Notes under the pieces: model-generated | Seen by the model: the letters and a program-made list of their open reading frames with translations, nothing else | Databases searched by the model: none | Told to the model about the DNA's origin: nothing | Shown here: in pieces, positions 1-8,061 of the stretch | How positions within the stretch are numbered: the stretch's first letter is position 1 | Layout: each line of letters begins with the position of its first letter | Translations under genes and position numbers: made by a program | Assembly (NCBI GenBank): GCA_963778815.1 | Contig: CAVZVS010000004.1 | Location: forward strand, 771,987 to 835,986 | DNA: 64,000 bases | Reading direction: 5' to 3' | Source of the DNA: an uncultured Chloroflexia bacterium | Lineage (GTDB): Bacteria; Chloroflexota; Limnocylindria; Limnocylindrales; CSP1-4

Positions 1-451
1 CGGCGGCGACCAGATAGTGCAGGAAGCTGACCCAGTTGCGATCCTCGTCGTCGAGGCGATACCACATGGTCGGCCGACGGTGGTGGCGCGCGAAGTCGGC
101 CAGAAGGGTCGTCTTGCCGTAACCCGCCTCGGCGGTCACCAGCACGATCCGATGGTGGATCTTGATCTTCAGCCAGTCGAGCAGGCGCTCTCGACGCAGC
201 GTCTCACGCCGCAGGGGCGGTCGCTGGACCTTCGTCGGCTGGAGCGGGAACTCGTGCACGACTTCGCCGCCGATCGAGAACGACAGGCTGGGGCTGGCTG
301 CCGGTCGACCCGGACCGACCGGCACCGGTTCCCGCGCCCCGAGCGTGTTGCGGGTCCCCGTGGACGGCCCGAATGCTAGGGACCGCGTCTCATGGGTGTC
401 AACGGGGCGGTCGGCGACAGGGGGCTGGTCGGGCAAGGCCATGACGGGCAT
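1..451 (-). CDS. N-terminal part of a large MalT/LuxR-type STAND/AAA ATPase regulator (gene continues off the left edge)
   Basis: Hand translation of the minus strand; the ORF is absent from the track because it runs off the edge. It reads ...RIVLVTAEAGYGKTTLLADFARHHRRPTMWYRLDDEDRNWVSFLHYLVAA. This is a Walker-A GxGKT followed by the W-x-x-LD-x-x-D pattern typical of MalT-like ATPases. ATG candidates at 451 and 442. Confidence 0.55.
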   Translation of the reverse strand, partial: MPVMALPDQPPVADRPVDTHETRSLAFGPSTGTRNTLGAREPVPVGPGRPAASPSLSFSIGGEVVHEFPLQPTKVQRPPLRRETLRRERLLDWLKIKIHHRIVLVTAEAGYGKTTLLADFARHHRRPTMWYRLDDEDRNWVSFLHYLVAA

Positions 452-505
452 GGTGCCCGTGGGCGCTCACCTGACGGTTAGCTGCGCTCCAAACGCCGCG
501 ATCGG

Positions 506-724
506 TCAGCCTTCGTACTCGAAACCGATCTTGAGCTCGACCCGGTACTCGACGATCTCGCCTTCTTCGACGATGGCGCTCGACTTCACGACCTCGACCG
601 TCCTGATGTTGCGGACCGTCTTCGAGGCGGTCGCCACGGCGACCCGAGCTGCGTCGGACCACGAGCGCGGGCTCGTCCCGACCATCTCCCGGATGATGAT
701 GACGCCCATCCGACCCTCACTCAT
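506..724 (-). CDS. dodecin family flavin-binding protein
   Basis: 72-aa ORF. Residues ...VGTSPRSWSDAARVAVATASKTVRNIRTVEVVKSSAIVEEGEIVEYRVELKIGFEYE match the dodecin pattern (small beta-alpha-beta-beta fold protein ending in KVGF-x-x-E). Confidence 0.8.
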   Translation of the reverse strand: MSEGRMGVIIIREMVGTSPRSWSDAARVAVATASKTVRNIRTVEVVKSSAIVEEGEIVEYRVELKIGFEYEG

Positions 725-789
725 GCGGGACTCTCGACCCCGGCGGCGGGTGCCGTCGGCTGGCGGTCCCCCAGTCTAGGGGCCGACGA

Positions 790-1119
790 TCAGATGGTGG
801 CGCCGGCTGTCGCCGCGCGGACCTTGTCGAAGCACGAACTGCAGTAGACCGGTCGATCGTTGCGCGGGGCGAACGGGACGACCGCCTGGCCGCCGCACTC
901 GCCACAGATCGCGGCATGGAATTCGCGCGGCCCGTCGACCGAGCGGGCACGCTTGGCCGCCGCGCGACAGGTGGGACAGCGCTGGGGGTCGTTGGTCAAC
1001 CCTTTGCTGGCGAAGAAGGTCTGCTCGCCCGACGAGAAGAGGAACTCCTCGGAGCAGTCACGGCACGAGAGCGTTCGATCCTGATACACCCTGTCCCTCT
1101 CCTCGATCCGGAGCGGCAT
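790..1119 (-). CDS. zinc-ribbon protein with paired CxxC motifs
   Basis: ORF 790..1236 trimmed to the internal ATG at 1119 (MPLRIEERDRVYQDRTLSCRDCSEEFLFSSGEQTFFASKGL...). It has four CxxC pairs (CRDC, CPTC, CGEC, CSSC). The upstream part of the ORF is R/S-rich and looks non-coding. Confidence 0.6.
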   Translation of the reverse strand: MPLRIEERDRVYQDRTLSCRDCSEEFLFSSGEQTFFASKGLTNDPQRCPTCRAAAKRARSVDGPREFHAAICGECGGQAVVPFAPRNDRPVYCSSCFDKVRAATAGATI

Positions 1120-1342
1120 GACGACGCGGCGGGACGGGGCGGATTCGGGCGCAGCTCTGGGCAACGTGTCGCGCGCTCGGCTCCGACCGCGCTCGAACGG
1201 TCGCAACTCTGTCCGGGAGGATACGCGCGGAATCAAGCACCGGGAAGGCCGATGATCCGCGGATGAGACCGGCTCCGGTGCGTTCAGGCACCGGCGTGTG
1301 CGGTGGCGGGAACCGATCTGCCTGCGTTACCGTCGAGGCGGC

Positions 1343-2221
1343 ATGCTCGACTTGCGGTCTGCTCTGCTCGCCGTCTCTGCCACTGCGTTCATCGCTGGCT
1401 GCGTCGGAGCCGCTCCGCCATCGACCGCCAGTCCCTTGCCGAGCGCGGCGGCGACGCTGGCCATCGACCATCCCAGCGGGCCGACCGACGTCATCCTGCG
1501 GATGTCAACGGGCGGTGGGTTCCTCGCCCCTGGTGCGCTTCTGACCGAGATCCCCGAGTTCACCTTGTATGGCGACGGAAGGCTGATCGCCCGTGTTCCG
1601 GAGAGCGCCGTGCCCAGCCCGGCACTCGATGACGGTATCTTCCGTTCCGCTTCGTTCCTGACGACCCGCCTGTCCGAAGCCCAGATCCAGGATGCGCTGG
1701 CCGATGCGATCGGGCGAGGTGGCCTCGCGAGCGCCCGTGAGCGATACGACCCGTGCTGCATCGCGGATGCGCCATCCACGACGTTCACCGTACATGCGGA
1801 TGGCCTGGCGAAGACCGTCACGGTCGGCGCGCTCGACTTCGACGAACCGTCGCCGGGCCCCGACAGCGCCGCTCGGACGGCATTCCGCGAGCTCGCTGTC
1901 CGACTCCGTCAGTGCTGCGGCGGCGGGACCAAGAGCGTGCCTTACCTCCCCGCGACGTATCGCGGGATCCTGAGCGATGGGCCGGGGATCCCCGTCGGAG
2001 CGATCCGCGATTGGCCGTGGGCCTTCGGACCGGACGGCTTCGTTCCGTCGACGAGCGGCCCCGGCTTCGGCGTACCGACACGGACCCTGTCGGCGGAGGA
2101 AGTGGCGCTGCTGACGGTCGCCGACGTCGGCGGTGGGGCACAGTCGATCGCCCTCCGAGCCAAGGACGGCAAGGACTACCTGCTGTCGCTTCGGCCGCTG
2201 CTGCCGGACGAACTCCACTGA
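1343..2221 (+). CDS. hypothetical lipoprotein
   Basis: ORF 1298..2221 trimmed to ATG 1343. MLDLRSALLAVSATAFIAGC is a signal peptide plus lipobox. No domain recognised. Confidence 0.55.
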   Translation: MLDLRSALLAVSATAFIAGCVGAAPPSTASPLPSAAATLAIDHPSGPTDVILRMSTGGGFLAPGALLTEIPEFTLYGDGRLIARVPESAVPSPALDDGIFRSASFLTTRLSEAQIQDALADAIGRGGLASARERYDPCCIADAPSTTFTVHADGLAKTVTVGALDFDEPSPGPDSAARTAFRELAVRLRQCCGGGTKSVPYLPATYRGILSDGPGIPVGAIRDWPWAFGPDGFVPSTSGPGFGVPTRTLSAEEVALLTVADVGGGAQSIALRAKDGKDYLLSLRPLLPDELH

Positions 2222-2251
2222 CCGGGGCGTCGCCGACACCCACCGACTTGG

Positions 2252-3604
2252 CTAACCGGCGACGTCGGCGTAGCGCTCCCCGGCATAGGACACGAACCGG
2301 GTCTGGCGCTTCTTGAACCAGAGCTGGACCTCTCCGGTCGGTCCGTTGCGGTGTTTGGCCAGCTTGAGGTTGATGACCTCGCCCTCCTGGTCCTGATCGT
2401 CGGCGCCGCGCTCCTTGTCCCGCCACAGGAACATCACCAGGTCCGCGTCCTGTTCGATCGCGCCCGACTCGCGCAGGTCCGACAGACGCGGTTCCTTGCT
2501 CTCGCGCATCTCCGGCTGGCGCGACAGCTGTGAAAGCGCGATGACCGGGACCGAGAGCTCGCGCGCCAGGGCCTTCAGACCGCGCGAGATCTCGGACACC
2601 TCTTGGACCCGGTTGGCGTCCCGATTCGTGGTGGTCGCCTGCATCAGCTGGAGGTAGTCGACCACGATCAGGTCCAGACCGGCTTCCGCCTGGAGTCGGC
2701 GGGCCTTGGTGCGTAGCTCCATGGCGCTGATGTTCGGGGTGTCGTCGATGTACACCGGCGCTTCGGAAAGGGCATTCATCGCGGGCGCCAACCGAGCGAA
2801 GTCCATCTCCTCGAGGAAGCCGGTCCGAAGGCGCTGCGAGTCGATGTTGGCCACGCTCGACAGGAGGCGCAGGACGAGTTGTTCCTTGCTCATCTCAAGG
2901 CTGAACACCCCGACGCTCTTGCCCTCGGTCACCGCCGCGTACTCGGCGATGTTGAGCGCAAAACTCGTTTTGCCGACGCTGGGGCGGGCTGCCAGGACCA
3001 CCAGATCGCTCTTCTGGAGGCCGGTGGTGAGCGCATCGAGGTCCGCGAAGCCCGTCCGGACACCGCTGATCTCGCCGCGATGCGCGTGCAGGTAGTCGAG
3101 CCGATCGTAGGCGTCGTGGAGGAGCGTCTTGAGCGGACTGAAGCCGGTCGAGATGCGGCGCTGGCTGACGCTGAACAGCTCGCTCTCGGCGCGATCGATG
3201 GCTTCCTGGATCTCGGCCGGGTCCTCGTAGCCGATCCCGGCGATCTTGCCGGCCGCGGAGATGAGGTTGCGCAGGACCGCCTTGCGCTCGACGATCCGGG
3301 CGTACTGGACGGCATGGACGGCGGTCGGGGTCTGGTTCGATAGACTCGACAGGTACGACCGACCGCCGATCGTGTCGAGCTGGTCGTCCCGTTCGAGGGC
3401 CTCGGCGACGGTGACGATGTCGACCGGTTCGCGCTTATCGAAGAGACCCAGCATGACCTTGTACACGGCGCCATTGGCGGGCCGGTAGAAGTCCTCGGGC
3501 TGGAGGAACTCTGCGATCTCGACGATCGCGTCGCGATCGATCAGGATCGACCCGAGGACAGACTGCTCAGCCTCGGTGCTCTGGGGCGGTAGGCGATCGA
3601 TCAA
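2252..3604 (-). CDS. dnaB: replicative DNA helicase DnaB
   Basis: 450 aa. N-terminal PPQSTEAEQSVLGSIL, Walker A ARPSVGKTSFALN, and C-terminal RecA-like motifs (IVVDYLQLM, SQLSRQ, IEQDADLVMFL). TTG start at 3604. Confidence 0.96.
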   Translation of the reverse strand: MIDRLPPQSTEAEQSVLGSILIDRDAIVEIAEFLQPEDFYRPANGAVYKVMLGLFDKREPVDIVTVAEALERDDQLDTIGGRSYLSSLSNQTPTAVHAVQYARIVERKAVLRNLISAAGKIAGIGYEDPAEIQEAIDRAESELFSVSQRRISTGFSPLKTLLHDAYDRLDYLHAHRGEISGVRTGFADLDALTTGLQKSDLVVLAARPSVGKTSFALNIAEYAAVTEGKSVGVFSLEMSKEQLVLRLLSSVANIDSQRLRTGFLEEMDFARLAPAMNALSEAPVYIDDTPNISAMELRTKARRLQAEAGLDLIVVDYLQLMQATTTNRDANRVQEVSEISRGLKALARELSVPVIALSQLSRQPEMRESKEPRLSDLRESGAIEQDADLVMFLWRDKERGADDQDQEGEVINLKLAKHRNGPTGEVQLWFKKRQTRFVSYAGERYADVAG

Positions 3605-3708
3605 GACACACCGAAACTGACGGGGCTGGGTTCCTGTGGAGTCTGGTCAGGGCGGATCGAGACCGCTAGCGGCATTTCCACGAAGCCACCGCTCCGTGTC
3701 GGTCCCTT

Positions 3709-3749
3709 CGTGGACAACGCTACAGACGCTGTGGACGCTCTGTGGACAG
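3709..3749 (-). promoter_or_regulatory. cluster of DnaA-box-like 9-mers upstream of dnaB
   Basis: The plus strand reads cGTGGACAA (3709-3717), TGTGGACgc (3730-3738) and TGTGGACAg (3741-3749). These are complements of TTGTCCACA-type boxes at 7-8/9 matches. Weaker copies lie at 3635-3643 and, inverted, at 3674-3682. Confidence 0.4.
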
Positions 3750-3752
3750 TCC

Positions 3753-4403
3753 TCAATCCAGCCGGCGGATGACCCCGATGAGCTTGCCCTGGATCCTGAC
3801 GTCGTCGTAGTACATGGGCTGATACTCGGCGTTCGCGGGCTGCAGCCGGATCCGCCCCTGTTCCTTATAGAACTTCTTGAGCGTGACTCCGTTTTCCTCG
3901 ACCTGGGCGACCACGATGTCCCCGTTGCGAGCGGTGGTCTGGGGGCGGATCACCACGAAGTCCCCATCGGCGATGTGGGCCTCGATCATCGAGTCCCCGC
4001 GGACCCGCAGGACATAGGCATCGCCGCTCGGAGCGAACACATCCGGGACGGCCAGCGACTCGTCGGCTCGTTGATAGGCTTCGATCGGGCCGCCGGCGGC
4101 GATCTCGCCGATGATCGGCAGGAGGTGCGCCTCCGTGGCGGCCGACTGGGGGGTCAGCTCGCTCGATAGTCCGAGCTCGAGGGCTGCCTTGGGCGTCAGC
4201 CGGATGGCCCGCGCCTCCGACTCGTGGCGATCGAGGTACCCCTCGCGCTCGAGGATCTGAAGGTGGTGATGGACCGCGGAGGTCGATGCCAGCCCGACGG
4301 CACGGGCGATCTCACGGACCGACGGCGGGAAGCCGCGGGTTCGCAGCGTCGCCGCGATGTAGTCGAGGATCTTGACCTTGCGGTCTGCATCGTGCTTGGT
4401 CAT
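3753..4403 (-). CDS. lexA: LexA repressor
   Basis: ORF 3753..4727 trimmed to ATG 4403 (MTKHDADRKVKILDYIAATLRTRGFPPSVREIARAVGL...). It has a winged HTH, an AAG cleavage-site region (GEIAAGGPIE) and S24 peptidase motifs (VRGDSM, ...VTLKKF). An SD GGAGG and an SOS-box promoter lie upstream. Confidence 0.95.
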   Translation of the reverse strand: MTKHDADRKVKILDYIAATLRTRGFPPSVREIARAVGLASTSAVHHHLQILEREGYLDRHESEARAIRLTPKAALELGLSSELTPQSAATEAHLLPIIGEIAAGGPIEAYQRADESLAVPDVFAPSGDAYVLRVRGDSMIEAHIADGDFVVIRPQTTARNGDIVVAQVEENGVTLKKFYKEQGRIRLQPANAEYQPMYYDDVRIQGKLIGVIRRLD

Positions 4404-4424
4404 GAGACCTCCGTTCGGAACCTC

Positions 4425-4453
4425 ACCGTACCGAACGGACGTTCGATTGTCAA
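4425..4453 (-). promoter_or_regulatory. lexA promoter with LexA (SOS) box in the spacer
   Basis: The minus strand reads TTGACA (4453-4448), a 17-nt spacer and TACGGT (4430-4425). The spacer contains the palindrome CGAACGTCCGTTCG (4445-4432), which fits CGAAC-N4-GTTCG. Confidence 0.75.
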
Positions 4454-4575
4454 GGGTCGGGTCCTCGACCCGACTGGCATCGCGCAGTTCGGCTGGTACA
4501 CTGCGCAGTCCCGACCGAGCGATCCGAGATCGAGCGTGTCGCGAGCCCCTTGCGAGGAGGATCCCGGGACCCGAG

Positions 4576-5079
4576 ATGGCAGGACTAGGTCGACCACGGA
4601 TGCCTGGCGCGAACCTCAACCGGATGCTGGCTATGGCGGCCTTCCTACCGACGGCCAGCCGGTCGGCGGTGTACGTCCGGCTGATCTGGTCGCTGCTCAA
4701 CGACGACCGGGTGCCGACGACCCGCAAGGCGCTGCTCGGGGGAGCGATGGTCTACTTCGCCCTGCCCTTCGATATCGTGCCGGATGACATCCCGATCCTG
4801 GGCCTTCTCGACGATCTCGTGGTGGTCACCCTCGGGGTGGACCTCTTCTTCGACGGGATCCCGGAGGGGATCCTCGATGAGAAGCTGCTCGACCTGGGGG
4901 TGGATCGGGCCGCGTTCGAGCGCGACCTTGGTCAGATCAGGCGGCTCACGCCGCTGCCAGTCCGCCGGCTCGTTCGCCGGCTCCCACCGGCGATCGACGT
5001 CGTCGCCGCTGCTGCACGGAGATCAGGTCTCGGACCGCGGGTCCGCGGTTGGATCGACAAGGAGGGTTCGTTCGCGTGA
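4576..5079 (+). CDS. DUF1232 (YkvA-like) membrane protein
   Basis: ...RKALLGGAMVYFALPFDIVPDDIPILGLLDDLVVV is the DUF1232 signature. The start is uncertain (ATG 4576, 4600 or 4624). The stop TGA 5077-5079 overlaps the rplI GTG. Confidence 0.7.
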   Translation: MAGLGRPRMPGANLNRMLAMAAFLPTASRSAVYVRLIWSLLNDDRVPTTRKALLGGAMVYFALPFDIVPDDIPILGLLDDLVVVTLGVDLFFDGIPEGILDEKLLDLGVDRAAFERDLGQIRRLTPLPVRRLVRRLPPAIDVVAAAARRSGLGPRVRGWIDKEGSFA

Positions 5080-5522
5080 AGGTCATCCTGACCTCAGATG
5101 TCCCGACGCTCGGCAAGAGCGGGGAGATGAAGGTCGTCGCCGAGGGCTACGCCCGTAACTTCCTCATCCCCCAGAAGCTGGCGGTCCCAGCGGCCGGTGG
5201 GGCATATCGCGCCTGGCAGCACGACATCGCCAGCCGCGAGGACAAGCGCCGACGCGAGCGGGAGGAGGCGGAGATCTACGCCACCCGGATCGCTTCGACG
5301 ACCCTGACCATGGGGGTCAAGGTCGGTGACGGCGGCAAGCTCTTCGGGTCGATCACGTCCAAGGACATCGCCGACGCTCTCGGCCGACGGGGGATCACGG
5401 TCGACCGCCACAAGGTCGACCTGGACGAGCCGCTCAAGAGCCTCGGCACCTACAAGGTTGCCGTCAAGGTCTTCAGCGGGATGGCCCCCGAGGTCACGGT
5501 CATCGTCGAGCCCAAGGGCTAG
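5076..5522 (+). CDS. rplI: 50S ribosomal protein L9
   Basis: GTG 5076 is preceded by AAGGAGGG. VKVILTSDVPTLGKSGEMKVVAEGYARNFLIPQKLAVPA is a canonical L9 N-terminus. Confidence 0.93.
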   Translation: MKVILTSDVPTLGKSGEMKVVAEGYARNFLIPQKLAVPAAGGAYRAWQHDIASREDKRRREREEAEIYATRIASTTLTMGVKVGDGGKLFGSITSKDIADALGRRGITVDRHKVDLDEPLKSLGTYKVAVKVFSGMAPEVTVIVEPKG

Positions 5523-6814
5523 AAGTCGACGAAGCCGATCCCGATCGCCCACAGGCCATAGGCGCAGATCAGGACCGCCGCGAGGGCGGCCACCCAGGCC
5601 AGCCGCGACATGCCCCGCTCGAAGACGGTGGCCAGGATGACGAACAGCAGCGGCTGGACGTCCAGGCTGAAGCGATAGCCGAACTGGGTCAGCCCGACGT
5701 TGCCGTGGGTGACGATCGGGATCAGGGCGATGGCGGTCCCGATGGTGGCCCAGGCGACCCGCGGATCACGCCAGCGAGCCCGGAACAGCCAGAGCATCAG
5801 GGGTGTCGTCAGGAACAACGACAACCCGTACCAGGACGGCTCGAAGAACGGCGGATCGTCGACGAAGTTGAAGCTGCGCAGGAAGATCGCGTAGATATGG
5901 CGCGGGATGTAGTCGATGCTCAGGATCCCGTGCTTGGCATAGATCGGGTCGTCCAGCACGCCCGGGATGAGCACATAGCTCTGGTCGACGATGGTGCCCC
6001 AGCGGGCCTCGTTGTAGAGCACGTAGCCGATGGTCGGGATGGCGATCCCGAGCAGGAAGGCCAGAGCGTTCCGGACCGCCCGTCGGCGTTCGGCCCTGGC
6101 CGGCAGTCGGGGTGGCCAGCCCAGCCCGACGATGATGGCCAGGAAGAACGGCGCGGTGAGGCCGACCGGGAGTCGTGAGATCGCGGCCAGCCCGAGCAGC
6201 AGCCCGACCAGGAACGGCCAGCGTCGCTCGAACAGGACGAGCAGGGCGGCCATGCTGAACATGACCGCGACGACGTGGCTGATGTACCAGACCGAGCCGA
6301 CCTCAGCGACGTACCACAGGACGGTGCCGAAGCCGAAGACGATGGTCAGCCCGAGCCGGACACGACCGCTCAGGGCGAACCGACCGAAGACGAGCCAGGC
6401 CAGGCCGACCGCGATCCCGCCGAAGATGCAGCTGGCGATGTGCTGGTCGAAGCCGACCCCGAAGACGGCGACGAAGGGCATCAGGAGGACCGCCGGCCAG
6501 GGCGGGTAGGCCACGTACCAGACGCCGTCCTTGGGGATGAGCTCGTTGAGCCAGCTGGGCGCCTCGGTCAGGTAGATCCGGCCATGGAGCATCGCATCGG
6601 CCAGGCGGACGAAGTAGTCCAGCTCCTGCCGATCGCGCGATGAGGTGAACAGGTAGATGGCTGTCGTGACGACGACCACGATCAGGGTCCCGAGGGTGTC
6701 CGGCCGATCGCGGATGTAGTCGACCAACTCGGCGAGTCGGGTCTCGGCGAACCACTGGGTCAGGCGGGTGGTTCGAGAAGGTGGACGCGCCAGGTCTTCC
6801 TCGAGGTTGGCCAT
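5519..6814 (-). CDS. polytopic membrane protein, candidate GT-C (ArnT/PMT-like) glycosyltransferase
   Basis: ORF 5519..6883 trimmed to ATG 6814 (MANLEEDL...). It has many hydrophobic helices. The N-terminal third resembles ArnT/GT39-type enzymes by eye, so the family call is tentative. Confidence 0.55.
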   Translation of the reverse strand: MANLEEDLARPPSRTTRLTQWFAETRLAELVDYIRDRPDTLGTLIVVVVTTAIYLFTSSRDRQELDYFVRLADAMLHGRIYLTEAPSWLNELIPKDGVWYVAYPPWPAVLLMPFVAVFGVGFDQHIASCIFGGIAVGLAWLVFGRFALSGRVRLGLTIVFGFGTVLWYVAEVGSVWYISHVVAVMFSMAALLVLFERRWPFLVGLLLGLAAISRLPVGLTAPFFLAIIVGLGWPPRLPARAERRRAVRNALAFLLGIAIPTIGYVLYNEARWGTIVDQSYVLIPGVLDDPIYAKHGILSIDYIPRHIYAIFLRSFNFVDDPPFFEPSWYGLSLFLTTPLMLWLFRARWRDPRVAWATIGTAIALIPIVTHGNVGLTQFGYRFSLDVQPLLFVILATVFERGMSRLAWVAALAAVLICAYGLWAIGIGFVDF

Positions 6815-6839
6815 CGGCCCGAAGATACACTCTCGAGCG

Positions 6840-8054
6840 ATGAGCGAGGGCACTCCTGCCGACCTGGGCGATCCCTGGCGCATCGCCCTGCGCGACGCGA
6901 TCGGTCTCCTGGTCTCGCTCCGGATCGTGTTCGGGCTGATCGCGCTCTACGTATGGTTCACGGCCACCTTGCCCGGCCCGTGCCACTTCGAGCTGGCCCG
7001 CAACGGCTGGTCGACGATCCCTCCGCTGGCCGACCACGGCGCAGCATTCCCGCTCGTCGGGGTGTGGCAACGCTGGGACGCGTGCTGGTACACCAAGATC
7101 GCGACGTACGGCTACGAGGCCAACGAGAACAGCGTCAACTTCTGGCCACTGTTCCCGCTCCTGACCGGGTTCGTCGGACGGGTCCTGCTCGGATCGATGG
7201 CGCTTGGCGGATTGGTCGTGGCCAGCGTCGCGTATATCGCCGCGATGGTCGGCCTGCGCCGTCTGGTCGCCTTCGACTTCGACGATCGGACGGCCTTGAC
7301 CACGATCGTCGCGATCTCCATCTTCCCGACCGCGTTCTTCTTCTTCGCCCCGTTCACCGAGTCGCTCTTCCTGGTCTGCGCGGTCTGGGCGATCCTGGGC
7401 GCCCGTCGTCGCTGGTGGGCTGTCGCCGCGATCGCCGGCTTGCTCGCCGCCCTGACCCGGATCCAGGGCGTCTTCCTGGTGCTGCCGATCGGTTGGGAGG
7501 CGCTGATGGCTTGGCGCGACACGGGTTGGCGGGTCCGCTCCGGTCCGATCCCGCCGGCCGGGATCGTCGTCCGGTCGACGATCGCCGCCCTGGCGCCAGC
7601 CATCGGGTTCTTCGGGTTCCTGGTCTTCTCCTCTGTCGTCGCCGGCAAGACGCCGCTCGATACCCAGGACGCCTGGGGCGGCAAGAACTTCCACCCGCCG
7701 TGGGAGGTGATCGAGGCTTCCTGGCGGTTCGCCGTCCTGCATCACGATCCGCTCCAGGTCCTGAACATGTTGACCCTGGTCTTCTTCAGCCTGGTCACCC
7801 TGATCGGTCTGCGTCAGGTGCCGGTGTCGTACTCGCTCTTCGCCATCCCTCAGATCATCCTCATCGGGACACGCATCCAGCCGACCCCGCTGACTTCGAC
7901 GGCGCGCTATCTGCTGGTGGTCTTCCCGGTCTTCGTGATCCTCGCCCTCGTTCCGGAGCGCTGGCGTTGGCCGAGGTTCGCCTGGGCACTCGGTTCGGCG
8001 ATGCTGCTGGCGCTCCTCCTGGTGATGTTCCTTCACGGCGACTACGTGGCGTGA
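6840..8054 (+). CDS. polytopic membrane protein, candidate PIG-V-like GT-C mannosyltransferase
   Basis: ATG 6840 (MSEGTPADL...). Multi-TM. The motif QRWDACWYTKIATYGY resembles the WD-x-x-WY-x-x-IA-x-x-GY motif of PIG-V-like bacterial proteins. Tentative. Confidence 0.55.
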   Translation: MSEGTPADLGDPWRIALRDAIGLLVSLRIVFGLIALYVWFTATLPGPCHFELARNGWSTIPPLADHGAAFPLVGVWQRWDACWYTKIATYGYEANENSVNFWPLFPLLTGFVGRVLLGSMALGGLVVASVAYIAAMVGLRRLVAFDFDDRTALTTIVAISIFPTAFFFFAPFTESLFLVCAVWAILGARRRWWAVAAIAGLLAALTRIQGVFLVLPIGWEALMAWRDTGWRVRSGPIPPAGIVVRSTIAALAPAIGFFGFLVFSSVVAGKTPLDTQDAWGGKNFHPPWEVIEASWRFAVLHHDPLQVLNMLTLVFFSLVTLIGLRQVPVSYSLFAIPQIILIGTRIQPTPLTSTARYLLVVFPVFVILALVPERWRWPRFAWALGSAMLLALLLVMFLHGDYVA

Positions 8055-8061
8055 GCCTGCC

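Noticed and set aside
3605-3752. Chromosomal origin (oriC), because of the clustered DnaA boxes.
   Set aside because: There is no AT-rich unwinding element, no dnaA, dnaN or rpmH context, and only 3-5 boxes. It is more consistent with a DnaA-regulated promoter or titration site.
3753-4727. 324-aa extended LexA ORF, and analogous 5' extensions of hutU, the HisD paralogue, DedA, tdh and the prim-pol gene.
   Set aside because: The family-typical N-termini, SD or -10 elements and the SOS box all lie inside the extensions. The extensions are R/S/P-rich and non-homologous, so the internal starts were used.
5519-5522. Convergent genes sharing the tetranucleotide CTAG as overlapping stop codons, also at 13940-13943.
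   Set aside because: This is a simple consequence of TAG stops on both strands in a compact genome. There is no evidence of function.
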